Shown: positions 26,459 to 35,958, numbered from the stretch's first letter. The stretch is 40,670 bases of DNA from a virus (IMGVR_UViG_3300011339_000273:1-40670), one strand, 5' to 3'. Translations and numbers: made by a program. Notes: generated by a model not told the origin, from the letters alone.

Positions 26459-27412
26459 ATGAACACCAACACCAACACCAACACCAACACCAACACCACC
26501 TACAAGCACACCAACTTCACCCAGTTCAACGCTGACCTTCGCAAGGGCAAGGTCGCTGGCATCATCTTGTGGCGCGGGCCCAGCGCCATTGACGGCTCGC
26601 CCGTGTTAGTCGTGGCAACTAAGTTTGCACAAGACAGCGACAACACCAAAACAGGAGAGATGGTGCAAACCTACATCCTGCCCGACCCCCATGCCGCTGG
26701 CATTGTCGTGAACGGCTCCACCCCCGCCAAGATTAACGATTGGCTTAGATCCACGGGCGCTGTGAGTATCTGCGGCGACTGTCCCCACGCATGGCAGATG
26801 GTCGAAGGTTCATCGCCCGCCCGTTACGAGAAGGGCGCTTGCTACGTGCGGGAATACCAAAGCCCTGCCGCTGTGCTTGGCGCTATCTTCCGCGCCTCAT
26901 ATCCCGAGGCTGGCGTAGACTTCCCCGCCGATTGGGTTCCGATGCTGGCCGCTGGGCTGGCCGTGCGGCTTGGCTCTTATGGTGACCCCGCTGCCGCTGC
27001 GCCGCAGCCCCTGATTGCCCTAGTGTCCCGCGCTAAGACCCGCACGGGCTACACCCATATGTGGAAGAGCAAGTACCCGCTTGCGCGGGCTAACGCCGAG
27101 GCGCTGCGCCCATATGTCATGGCATCGTGCGACAACATGGAAGACTACGCCGAGGCCACCCGCTTGCGCTATCGTGCATTCCTCATTACCCCCAAGGACC
27201 GCGACTATTCCTCGCGTTCGCTCCTGTCCGTAGGCTCCCACATCGTGGACGCTATGATCTGCCCTGCATCCGAGCCGTTCCTTGCCTTGACGGGCCGCAA
27301 GACTTCCTGTGAAGACTGCGGGTCGTGCAGCGGGACCGAGGGCAAAGGGGCTCACCACCCCAACGTGTTTACCCCCGCACATGGCGCGACAGCATCCCGC
27401 TTCGCAGTTTGA
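26459..27412 (+). CDS. Gp88-like Cys-rich (radical SAM-like Fe-S) protein
   Basis: NTKTG.MVQTYIL, CGDCPH...CYV, RLGSYGDPAA, TGYTH.W, CPAS...CEDCGSC. Confidence 0.7.
   Translation: MNTNTNTNTNTNTTYKHTNFTQFNADLRKGKVAGIILWRGPSAIDGSPVLVVATKFAQDSDNTKTGEMVQTYILPDPHAAGIVVNGSTPAKINDWLRSTGAVSICGDCPHAWQMVEGSSPARYEKGACYVREYQSPAAVLGAIFRASYPEAGVDFPADWVPMLAAGLAVRLGSYGDPAAAAPQPLIALVSRAKTRTGYTHMWKSKYPLARANAEALRPYVMASCDNMEDYAEATRLRYRAFLITPKDRDYSSRSLLSVGSHIVDAMICPASEPFLALTGRKTSCEDCGSCSGTEGKGAHHPNVFTPAHGATASRFAV
26462..26497 (+). repeat. (AACACC)6 hexamer repeat encoding (NT)6
   Basis: Directly after the start codon. Confidence 0.95.
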
Positions 27413-27425
27413 TAGGAGAACTAAG

Positions 27426-27758
27426 ATGACAAAGACTTACGAAAACACTTGGGGCACACCCCTAGGCCAAGACTGTGTGGACCTGTGCAGCACCCTGCCG
27501 CGCTGGCTGGGTGAACGCCTGATGTTCTTGGGGATGCACACCAGCGGTGCGCCCGCTGCGTACTGGGATGGGGATGCGTCCTTACCCGTGCCGATTGACC
27601 GCTGGCGCAGCGACCTGACTAAGCATGGCCTCGCGCTGTCCTTGGTGGGCAACCTATCGAACCTCGACCTGACCATAGATGAAGAGGAGCGGGCGCACGA
27701 AGCCGCGCAACGCGCAATGGTGTGGGTCACGGCGAACCTGACAAACCTGTGGGATTAA
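27426..27758 (+). CDS. Hypothetical protein
   Basis: AGGAGAACTAAG-ATG leader. Confidence 0.75.
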   Translation: MTKTYENTWGTPLGQDCVDLCSTLPRWLGERLMFLGMHTSGAPAAYWDGDASLPVPIDRWRSDLTKHGLALSLVGNLSNLDLTIDEEERAHEAAQRAMVWVTANLTNLWD

Positions 27759-27800
27759 CCCTTGCCGCTTAGTCGCGGCAACTAACAACTGGAGAAGAAG

Positions 27801-28061
27801 ATGAACACGCATGAGATAGAAGCCCTGTTCAAGAAATACTGGGAAGGGACTGATCAGGATAAAGCCGAGGTGGCCGAGTATATCCGCAAGTCAGAGAACT
27901 TCGCCATGATGCGTTCCGCAGAGTTCGTGCAAGTCGCACAGAACTGGGCCGAGCGGCTAGGCATCAAGAGGATGACCGACGAAGAAGCCGAGGCGTATGA
28001 CGCCGCGCTGGATGCTGATACCGAAACCTGCCCCTGCTGCGGGCAACAACTGGAGAACTAA
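27801..28061 (+). CDS. Hypothetical protein with C-terminal CPCC motif
   Basis: CTGGAG RBS after palindrome 27769. Confidence 0.75.
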   Translation: MNTHEIEALFKKYWEGTDQDKAEVAEYIRKSENFAMMRSAEFVQVAQNWAERLGIKRMTDEEAEAYDAALDADTETCPCCGQQLEN

Positions 28062-28062
28062 G

Positions 28063-28533
28063 ATGGCACTTACCGACCTTTGCCTGCGCGACGAACGCCC
28101 GCACTTCTGCGAGGGGGTGCAACGCACCTACGCCCTGCCGAACGGGTACGAACTGAGCCTGATCAACTTCCCGAATGCACACGTATTTCCCTTTGCGTGG
28201 GAAGGTGCGGTGATCAACCCGCATGGCAAACTGGACTACGACACCCCGCTGACCAACGATGTCGAGGTGTTCCGCACCGAGGAGCAAACCAACGAGTGGA
28301 TCATCCGTGCCATCCTATGGGCCGAGGCCGAGGGAACTGTTATCAACCCCGACACCACAAACAGCGCCGATCCCTATCACCCCGACTACGGACTACCTGC
28401 CGTTGTACGGCTCCGCGCCGTACACATAGCCGAAACCAAAGGGGTAAAGGCCGCTGCATCCGAGTGCAATGTGGCGCTGTCCACTGTCTATCGCTGGCGT
28501 AATGCCTACGTGACTAGTGTTAGCTACACGTAG
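28063..28533 (+). CDS. Two-domain protein with C-terminal helix-turn-helix
   Basis: CTGGAGAACTAAG-ATG; C-terminal GVKAAASECNVALSTVYRWR. Confidence 0.75.
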   Translation: MALTDLCLRDERPHFCEGVQRTYALPNGYELSLINFPNAHVFPFAWEGAVINPHGKLDYDTPLTNDVEVFRTEEQTNEWIIRAILWAEAEGTVINPDTTNSADPYHPDYGLPAVVRLRAVHIAETKGVKAAASECNVALSTVYRWRNAYVTSVSYT

Positions 28534-28565
28534 CTAACACGAAAAAAACAAGTGGGGAGAATACT

Positions 28566-28615
28566 TAACTATTTTTCCCACTATTGTTGAACTACGCTAG
28601 CAAATAGTGTAGTAT
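28566..28615 (+). promoter_or_regulatory. Putative early sigma70 promoter
   Basis: TTGAAC-N17-TAGTAT (28587-28615) with AT-rich upstream 22-mer. Confidence 0.6.
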
Positions 28616-28705
28616 TGTATCAGGCGATGGTTAAACATCGCCGCGCCGACCTCGCTACCAAAACCAACAACCTTAGTCGCAACGACTAACATCTGGAGAA
28701 CTACT

Positions 28706-29614
28706 ATGACCAACCTTAACTTCAATGCCCCGTCCATCGCGTCCGCAGCTATGCTGGTTGACCTGTCCATCAGCCAGTGGAAAGGGCTGCGCCGTGACAA
28801 GGAGGCGTCCAAGAACCTCGCCGATAGCGTAGGGGCCAAGCGGGGCCACATGACCGCAAACAAGAAACTTCTTGGTGACAGCTTGGAACTCAAGGCCATC
28901 GATAGTTTCGTGGGCGCGGCCCGCACGGGTGTCCATCAGGACATGACGATGCCTTGGTCCAACAGCGGGCTGCGCTTGCTGCCGACCGCTAAGTTCTTTG
29001 ACTACCAGAAGGCCATCACAGCGCAACAGGCCAAGTTCTACGAACTGCTTGAGGAGTTCCTGCAATCCTACGAGTGGGCCCGTACCGAGGCTAAGGCTGC
29101 ACTGGGCAGCGTGTTCAACGACCGCGAGTACCCCACACGATCAGTCTTGGCGACTAAGTTTCGCTTCGTAGTAAACTATCTGCCCGTGCCCGAGGTTGGC
29201 GACTGGCGTGTAGACATGGGCAACACCGCCCGCAATGAACTGGCCGAGCACTATTCCAAGTACTACGAGGAGCAGAACCGCACTGCCGTGGCTACGCTAT
29301 ACGAGCAGACCCTCAAGCCCTTGCTGCATATGTCCAAGAAGTTGGCCGACCCTGTCGCTGGGGATGCGGTGAACAAGAGCGGCATCCAGACTTTCCGTGA
29401 TACACTTGTCGAGAACGTGGTCGATATGATTGACCGCTTGGAAGTTTACAACGTGATGGGTGACCTCACTATCCGCGAGACACGCTTCAAGTTGCAGCAG
29501 ATGCTGGACGGCATCACGCCCGATGCGCTGCGCGAAGATGCACACTTGCGCCGCGAGACTAAGCGCAAAGTGGATGAGGTTATTGCCTCGCTGCCTTCGC
29601 TCGACAACTGGTGA
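28706..29614 (+). CDS. DUF3150-like protein
   Basis: MLVDLSISQW.G...TMPW...G.RLLP...F...EYP....L..KF; adjacent to AAA/VWA genes. Confidence 0.6.
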   Translation: MTNLNFNAPSIASAAMLVDLSISQWKGLRRDKEASKNLADSVGAKRGHMTANKKLLGDSLELKAIDSFVGAARTGVHQDMTMPWSNSGLRLLPTAKFFDYQKAITAQQAKFYELLEEFLQSYEWARTEAKAALGSVFNDREYPTRSVLATKFRFVVNYLPVPEVGDWRVDMGNTARNELAEHYSKYYEEQNRTAVATLYEQTLKPLLHMSKKLADPVAGDAVNKSGIQTFRDTLVENVVDMIDRLEVYNVMGDLTIRETRFKLQQMLDGITPDALREDAHLRRETKRKVDEVIASLPSLDNW

Positions 29615-29672
29615 GGGCGCAAGCCCCCGCTATCCTAAAAACAAAACCACAACTTAGTCTGGAGGACTAACA

Positions 29673-30764
29673 ATGACCGCACACTATCTCGTTTCCCTGA
29701 ACGAAGCCGCCCTCGCTATCCGCGCTACTGCGGGCGATATCACCACCCTTGTGCAGGGTGACATGGGCTGGGGCAAGACCAGCATCCTCAAGATGTTGGC
29801 AGAACAACTGCCCGACTACATCCCGATCTACTTTGACTGCACTGTCAAAGACTTGGGCGACCTTGCTATCCCGATGATCAAGCGCAGCGAGGATGGCATC
29901 GACTACGTGCACATGGCTCCCAACGAGGAACTTGGTGTGCATCTTGTCGGCAAGAAGCTGATCATTATGATCGACGAACTGGGCAAGGCTAACCCGTCTG
30001 TGGTGAACGGCTTGCTGCGATTGATGCAGGAACGTCAGTCGGGTAGCTACAAGCTACACCCCGACACCATCGTGTTCGCGACTACCAACAAGGGCAGCGA
30101 GGGCTTGGGCGATATCCTCAAGCCCCACGCACGTAACCGCATCACTATCCTGCCGCTGCGTAAGTCCACCAACATGGAGTGGATCGAGTGGGGCATCAAC
30201 AACAGCATTGACTACTCGTTGTTGGGCTGGTGCAAGGACAACGCGCAAGCGTTCCAGTCCTTCGAAGACGTAGCCGACTGCAATGACAACCCCTACATCT
30301 TCCACCCCAAAGCAGCGGGCCGCACCTCGTTCATCACGGGCCGCTCGTTGGAGAAGCTGTCCCACATCCTCAAGAAGCGTCCGTTGCTTGGTGAGAACCT
30401 GACTATGGCTATGGCCGTAGGTACAGTAGGTGGGCCCGCTGCCGCTGACATTATGACCCACGTGCGTATGGGTGACCAACTGCCTTCGCAGCAGTCCATC
30501 AAGGACGATCCAGCTAACGCCATCGTGCCAACAAGTGCTGCGGCTGTGTGCTTGCTTGTCTATCGTGCCTTGGCGTCCATCGACAAAACGTGGGTCGATG
30601 CGTGGCTGACTTACATGGTGCGCCTCGACAAGGAAGCGCAGGGGATGTTTGCCAATGGCGTAGTGACACCCTCGTTCAAGCGCAAGGGCGAGTTGATGAC
30701 CAACCTCAAGTGGACCAACTGGGCCCGCGAGAATGGCTACCTGATGAGCGCCGACCTGAAGTAA
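29673..30764 (+). CDS. AAA+ ATPase (MoxR/dynein-related)
   Basis: GDMGWGKT Walker A, IMIDE Walker B, ATTN sensor, RNR arginine finger. Confidence 0.9.
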   Translation: MTAHYLVSLNEAALAIRATAGDITTLVQGDMGWGKTSILKMLAEQLPDYIPIYFDCTVKDLGDLAIPMIKRSEDGIDYVHMAPNEELGVHLVGKKLIIMIDELGKANPSVVNGLLRLMQERQSGSYKLHPDTIVFATTNKGSEGLGDILKPHARNRITILPLRKSTNMEWIEWGINNSIDYSLLGWCKDNAQAFQSFEDVADCNDNPYIFHPKAAGRTSFITGRSLEKLSHILKKRPLLGENLTMAMAVGTVGGPAAADIMTHVRMGDQLPSQQSIKDDPANAIVPTSAAAVCLLVYRALASIDKTWVDAWLTYMVRLDKEAQGMFANGVVTPSFKRKGELMTNLKWTNWARENGYLMSADLK

Positions 30765-30813
30765 CCATAACACGGGGCGCTTAGTCGCCCCGACTAACAA
30801 CTGGAGAACTAAT

Positions 30814-32004
30814 ATGTTTATGCAAAATACGATCACGCTAGAGCAGCGTGTCCAAAAGTCGGCTGTGGCTATCATGGCCCATCCGAAGTGGTCGGCCCTT
30901 GCGGGTGTCATTATGATTGGCAAGCGCGGTGTGTCTGATACTTGCCCGACTGCGTACACCGATGGCGTCAACGTCATGTTTGGCCGTGCGTTCTTTACTG
31001 ATATGCCCGATGCAGAGTTGCGCTTCGTCGATGTGCACGAGCAATTCCACAAGATGTATCGCCACCTGACTACGTGGGCATGGATGTGGAAGATCGATAA
31101 GCAGCTTGCCAACATGGCCTGTGACTACGTCATCAACTGCAAGATCTACGATGCCTCTGCGGGCGATGGGTTCTTAGTCATGCCCAAGAAAGGTTTGCTC
31201 GACTTCAAGTATCGCGGCATGGATGCAGCACAAGTGTTCAACTTGCTGCGTAAGGATCAAGAAGGCGGCAAGGGTAAGGGCCAAGGTCAGGGCGAGGGCT
31301 TCGACGAGCACGACTGGGAAGCAGCCGAGGAGATGACTGACGCGGAGAAGCGCGAGGTAGCGCAGGATATCGACGAGGCTATCCGTCAAGGTGCGCTGGT
31401 TGCGGGCAAGATGGGCAGCGGTGGTGAGCGCATCGTCGGGGAGTTGCTAGAACCGCAGGTCGATTGGCGCGAGGCGCTGCGTGACTTCATCACGACTACC
31501 TGTGCTGGCAAAGATTATTCCACGTGGACTAAGCCCAACCGCAGGTTCGTCGGTGCAGGTATCTATATGCCTAGCGGCATCACCGAGCGTGTCGGGGAAC
31601 TGGTATTGGCGATTGACACATCAGGCTCAACCTATGCTCCGGGCGTCCTTGATGCTTTCATGGCCGAGGCCAAGTCGCTGTGCGATACAGTCAAGCCCGA
31701 TGTTCTGCACATCATCTACTGGGATACCAAGGTATGCCATGCCGAGCGGTATGAAGCCGACCAACTAGAAAACTTACTCTCTACGACTAAGCCCAAGGGT
31801 GGTGGCGGCACTCACATCCCGTGTGTCCCCGAATACATGGCCGAGCAGGGTATCATTCCGCAAGCCGTGGTTGTCCTGACCGATGGCTATCTGGGTGGCG
31901 TGTGGGGCACGTGGTCCTGCCCCGTCCTGTGGTGCGTCCTCGACAACAAGTCGGCCAACCCGTCCGTTGGTCAAACTGTCCACATCAAATCGCATGATAT
32001 GTAA
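30814..32004 (+). CDS. Metallopeptidase-like + VWA domain protein (DUF2201-like)
   Basis: TAYTDG, HEQFH (HExxH), N.ACDYVIN; MIDAS DTSGS...GGGT...LTDG. Confidence 0.88.
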   Translation: MFMQNTITLEQRVQKSAVAIMAHPKWSALAGVIMIGKRGVSDTCPTAYTDGVNVMFGRAFFTDMPDAELRFVDVHEQFHKMYRHLTTWAWMWKIDKQLANMACDYVINCKIYDASAGDGFLVMPKKGLLDFKYRGMDAAQVFNLLRKDQEGGKGKGQGQGEGFDEHDWEAAEEMTDAEKREVAQDIDEAIRQGALVAGKMGSGGERIVGELLEPQVDWREALRDFITTTCAGKDYSTWTKPNRRFVGAGIYMPSGITERVGELVLAIDTSGSTYAPGVLDAFMAEAKSLCDTVKPDVLHIIYWDTKVCHAERYEADQLENLLSTTKPKGGGGTHIPCVPEYMAEQGIIPQAVVVLTDGYLGGVWGTWSCPVLWCVLDNKSANPSVGQTVHIKSHDM

Positions 32005-32016
32005 GGAGAAAACAAC

Positions 32017-33057
32017 ATGACACGTATATATCCACCCGCTCGCCCCTGCTCGTTCTTTGAGGTAGTCGCTACCTATAACAACATCAAACCCTCAAAGGGT
32101 AAGTACGCTGCCTACGATGTCCGCCCCTTGGGGCGGCGCAGCAATCAACACGAACGCATCATCAAGATCGATGAGAATACCTATGCGCTGTGGCCGTCCA
32201 CGCACTGGTGGGTCGATTCTAAAAACCTCGACCTTGAGGATGCACGTATCCGTGCGGCTGTCCTGTGGGAGCGCACCGACAAGGGCGACTTCATCCACGT
32301 GCGTAACTCTTGGTTCAATAGCAGTAACATTTCACACTATCGGTTCTTGAACGAGGTGCTGCCTTACGGGCTGAACTATCATACGGGAAACGGCAAGCAG
32401 TACGTCATCCCGCACTTTGCTTTGAAGAAGCACTATCTGCCGCACGACGAATGGTTTGGTGGGTCGTATGCGAAGCACATATCTGGAGACCCCAACAAGC
32501 CCAATGTGGTCGACAACAGCCCGTTAACTCCTGAACTTGTTTACAGGCACGAAGGCGACAGGAAGTTTACGCTGGTTAGCGAGGAGTACGCCGCGCCCAA
32601 GAAGGCTGTGAACTTGGCGGATAAGAAGGCGCTGACGCCCAGCATCAGGGCTTTCAAGGAGTGGGCGTTGGTCATGGCCCCTATGCTGAACCTGAAGCCG
32701 TATTGGCTGTGGGATGGAAACAAAGAAGCCACCAGCTACACTATGGCTAGGGAAGCACACGCCGCCCAAAACACTACCGATGAGCGGTTGCTCAGGGATT
32801 GGATGGAGAGCAATGGGTACGGAAAGGTGTACGTCATGGACCATGTTGCGCCTAAGATCATACGGCAGATCGTGGAGACTGAAGACCACCCGATGCGCGT
32901 GGTGCTAGCTAAGTACGTCTTAGATGACTGCGGCTACACGCGCATTGCAGATGAAACCCGCAGGAAAGTGTACGACGAGCGCGAGGCGCGGGCCAAGTTC
33001 GGCACTGTGTTTAACTACCACATGAACCGCATCCTTGGTCTTGTGGAAAATAAGTAA
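32017..33057 (+). CDS. Hypothetical protein
   Basis: 346 aa, AAGGAG RBS. Confidence 0.8.
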   Translation: MTRIYPPARPCSFFEVVATYNNIKPSKGKYAAYDVRPLGRRSNQHERIIKIDENTYALWPSTHWWVDSKNLDLEDARIRAAVLWERTDKGDFIHVRNSWFNSSNISHYRFLNEVLPYGLNYHTGNGKQYVIPHFALKKHYLPHDEWFGGSYAKHISGDPNKPNVVDNSPLTPELVYRHEGDRKFTLVSEEYAAPKKAVNLADKKALTPSIRAFKEWALVMAPMLNLKPYWLWDGNKEATSYTMAREAHAAQNTTDERLLRDWMESNGYGKVYVMDHVAPKIIRQIVETEDHPMRVVLAKYVLDDCGYTRIADETRRKVYDEREARAKFGTVFNYHMNRILGLVENK

Positions 33058-33106
33058 GCAATAAGTATAACCCTTAGTCGCAACGACTAACATCTGGAGA
33101 ACTACA

Positions 33107-34015
33107 ATGGCTGAACATTATGAAGTAGTTAGACTGGAAGAACAGACAGAGGAGCAGTTCAACACACGGAGCCGTGGCACACACGGGGTGACGATAGATG
33201 GGTTCGTCACCGCCCTCAAAGCAGAGATGCCTTACCTCAAGTTTCGCAGCACTCAGGCATACAACAGTGAGGTCGCTGTGTACCGCGAGGGGGATGCCTT
33301 AGCTATGGGCTGGATTGGTTATGGCGACTACAGTCCGGGGGTATCTAGCGTCAAGCGATACACTGTATTCAGCCTAAACATTGACAATGGTAAGTATTCT
33401 AAGAGTTCTAACCAGCGCAATATGGCAATGACCACAGACTTGGGCAAAGCCGTCAAGCTAGTAAAGAAGCACTTACGCCCGATACCAACCGAGGTGGCAG
33501 CAAAGCATTCCCTGACAGAGTTAAACTATGCTTATTCAGAGGCACACAAGGGCGCTAGGAAGTTACTAGATGAGAGCCGCCGCGCAATCGTCGGCGCTTC
33601 AGGGGACGTATTCCTCAACCCCGCCTTGGAGAATGTCTTCGCTTTGCTACGTATGCAGGAACAGCCTATCGGTGACGCGGTCTTTAACGCGCACGTGAAT
33701 AACTACTTCATCGCTAAGGACGCAATGGCCGAGGCCAAGACTTTGCACGGCGACATATACTTCGTGCATCCGCAGATGAAGTTTGGCGAACCAGTATACA
33801 ACCTAACCTCAATCACGTGGAACCAAACAGTCCCGTCTGTGCTGCCAAGATTTCACGTGATGGAGTCTCTTGCTGCGGCTTACGCTGCTGCCGTGGGGGT
33901 AGACATGGAGGCAATCAAGGGCCGTGTCGCTGTGCTGCACATGATGCAGACTAATGAGTTCGTCGTTGGCGTGGGTATGAAGGTCGACGCTAATCGTTAC
34001 TTCGTGGTGGTGTGA
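33107..34015 (+). CDS. Hypothetical protein
   Basis: 302 aa, palindrome + CTGGAG leader. Confidence 0.8.
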   Translation: MAEHYEVVRLEEQTEEQFNTRSRGTHGVTIDGFVTALKAEMPYLKFRSTQAYNSEVAVYREGDALAMGWIGYGDYSPGVSSVKRYTVFSLNIDNGKYSKSSNQRNMAMTTDLGKAVKLVKKHLRPIPTEVAAKHSLTELNYAYSEAHKGARKLLDESRRAIVGASGDVFLNPALENVFALLRMQEQPIGDAVFNAHVNNYFIAKDAMAEAKTLHGDIYFVHPQMKFGEPVYNLTSITWNQTVPSVLPRFHVMESLAAAYAAAVGVDMEAIKGRVAVLHMMQTNEFVVGVGMKVDANRYFVVV

Positions 34016-34479
34016 TGACGAGCACACGCGAACGGATTGAGGATGCGTTTGGGAGGAAAGCCGCTAACCCAAGACTGCATCACCTATGGCTTAAAGAACT
34101 AGCCGAGACTTATCGCCAGTACAGGGACTTAGTGTACACGTACATGAGTAACCCACAGTTCACTATGCTTGTTAAGAAAGCACTCGTTGCGCACGATGTA
34201 CTTGCTATGCCAAAGCACACAACAGTTTATCGTGTGGCGCTACATCCTGATAGGGATAATATCGAAGTGGTAAGTATTGGCATGGAACGTGTTGATACCA
34301 CACCCGATACTGTGTATGCTGACTTCTCACGACTACCCACGTGGATGCAGGACAGGCTTCACGTGATGATTATGCTAGATGATACCGCGCCCACCGAGCA
34401 CATAGAAGGCATTGGACGGCGCATAAGTAAGTACGTGTTTTGGCTGGAGATACCTAAAGGAGAGAACAATCATGGCTGA
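34012..34479 (+). CDS. Hypothetical protein
   Basis: Coupled start; C-terminal LP.W..DRL.V......IEGIGRR motif resembling upstream gene end. Confidence 0.75.
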   Translation: MMTSTRERIEDAFGRKAANPRLHHLWLKELAETYRQYRDLVYTYMSNPQFTMLVKKALVAHDVLAMPKHTTVYRVALHPDRDNIEVVSIGMERVDTTPDTVYADFSRLPTWMQDRLHVMIMLDDTAPTEHIEGIGRRISKYVFWLEIPKGENNHG

Positions 34480-34780
34480 TACGCCAGAGAAGAAAGTAAA
34501 GATTAAACTTGTAGCGCAGCTTAAAGCCTTGGGTGCGTATTACTTTTACCCCGTGACAGGCGGCTATGGCGCAAGCGGTGTGCCCGATGTGATCTGCTGC
34601 TACAAGGGCAGGTTCTTTGGGTTCGAGTGCAAGGCTGGCAACAACAAGCCAACTACCCTGCAAGATATTAACATAGAGGCCATCCGCAAGTCGGGTGGTT
34701 ACGCCCTTGTTGTCAACGAGGAGAACGTAGGGGTGATGACGCAATACTTAGTGGGGGCAACTAATGATCCCGCTGAATAA
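34472..34780 (+). CDS. VRR-NUC nuclease
   Basis: PEKKVK...GVPDVICCYKGRFFGFECKAG..KPT.LQ. Confidence 0.88.
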   Translation: MADTPEKKVKIKLVAQLKALGAYYFYPVTGGYGASGVPDVICCYKGRFFGFECKAGNNKPTTLQDINIEAIRKSGGYALVVNEENVGVMTQYLVGATNDPAE

Positions 34781-34922
34781 CCTGAAGCCTAAGCACGTGC
34801 TGGCCCTGTATCGTATCGGCAAGGCCAAGGGCCGTGGGCTAGCGCCCTTCCTCAAGCACCCCCGTGACATGATCGCGCTGCGTAAAGAAGCGCAGCGGGT
34901 CGGAAAACTGGTGTCGAAATGA
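34764..34922 (+). CDS. 52-aa basic hypothetical protein (not in ORF track)
   Basis: MIPLNNLKPKHVLALYRIGKAKGRG...VSK; GGGGG RBS inside near-palindrome 34748; ATGA overlap with next gene. Confidence 0.55.
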   Translation: MIPLNNLKPKHVLALYRIGKAKGRGLAPFLKHPRDMIALRKEAQRVGKLVSK

Positions 34923-35650
34923 ACGCGCCGTTTGAACCCACAAGGGATGTACGAGGTAACTCTACGGCCAAATGCACTTGTAAAAAGTGCGGACATTCAA
35001 TGAATGTCAAAAGCGCTTATGCCACGCGGGCTAATTCTGCGCGGGGCCCTGAAGTTAACATGGCACAAGTTATGCCGAAACTACACGCAGCGGGGTGGAC
35101 CTACATCAAAGGTGTTCTGCGCTGTCCGGCCTGTAACCTAGAAAGTACTTCCCCGTTTGCGCCGCTTGAACCGCACCACCACTTTTACACGCCCAACCCT
35201 CTGGAGAACATCATGGCTAAAGAACCTACAGTTATCGTTATCCCGCCGCCGCCCGTACCACCGCTGCGGCAACCCTCACGGGACCAGAAGCGCCAGATCG
35301 TCGCTGCTCTGGAAATGGCATACGACATCAAGAACCAGCGGTACTCAGGCACTGAGACCGACAAAAGTATCGCCGATATGCTTGGTGATAGCATCATGTA
35401 CGGATGGGTCGCTACGATCCGTGAGGATATGTTTGGGCCCGATGGCAACGAGGAGTTGGGTAGCCTTGCGGCTGACGTTGCAGCATGGATGAAGAAAGTA
35501 GATGCGCAGATGTACGCCGCCGAGGTGGCTGTGGCTGAGATCGAAAACAGCCGCGCCGACCTCGAAAACAGCCGCACCGAGGTCAAGAAATACCAAGAAC
35601 GCCTCAACAAGATCATTGCCGCTATTGGGCCGAAAGCGGAGAAATTGTAA
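34919..35650 (+). CDS. Zn-finger + coiled-coil hypothetical protein (possible second start at 35213)
   Basis: CKKC...GW......CPAC; internal CTGGAGAACATC-ATG. Confidence 0.75.
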   Translation: MNAPFEPTRDVRGNSTAKCTCKKCGHSMNVKSAYATRANSARGPEVNMAQVMPKLHAAGWTYIKGVLRCPACNLESTSPFAPLEPHHHFYTPNPLENIMAKEPTVIVIPPPPVPPLRQPSRDQKRQIVAALEMAYDIKNQRYSGTETDKSIADMLGDSIMYGWVATIREDMFGPDGNEELGSLAADVAAWMKKVDAQMYAAEVAVAEIENSRADLENSRTEVKKYQERLNKIIAAIGPKAEKL

Positions 35651-35958
35651 TGATAACTAAAATACGGGGCGTTACATACCCCTCAGTGAAGGCTGCATCA
35701 GAGGCGCTGGGGGTAACAGTCAATGCCATCTACTCCGCACTTAATCGGGGGAACATAGACACAGTAGGCTTAGGCAAGAGCCAGCCGCGCCATGTCGATC
35801 TTGACGGTGACGGACTATCTTTCAAGTCTATTCGGTCGGCAAGTTTGGCACTTGGCTTTGGGCGCACTTACCTAAGCAAAGTGCTTACCCGTGAAAGCGC
35901 CCACGGCCTAAAGAAAGTCAAAGAGGCGGTAGCAGCATACAAGGAGAAAACAAAATGA
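35650..35958 (+). CDS. NUMOD1-like tandem HTH DNA-binding protein
   Basis: YPSVKAASEALGV and FKSIRSASLALG repeats. Confidence 0.7.
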   Translation: MITKIRGVTYPSVKAASEALGVTVNAIYSALNRGNIDTVGLGKSQPRHVDLDGDGLSFKSIRSASLALGFGRTYLSKVLTRESAHGLKKVKEAVAAYKEKTK

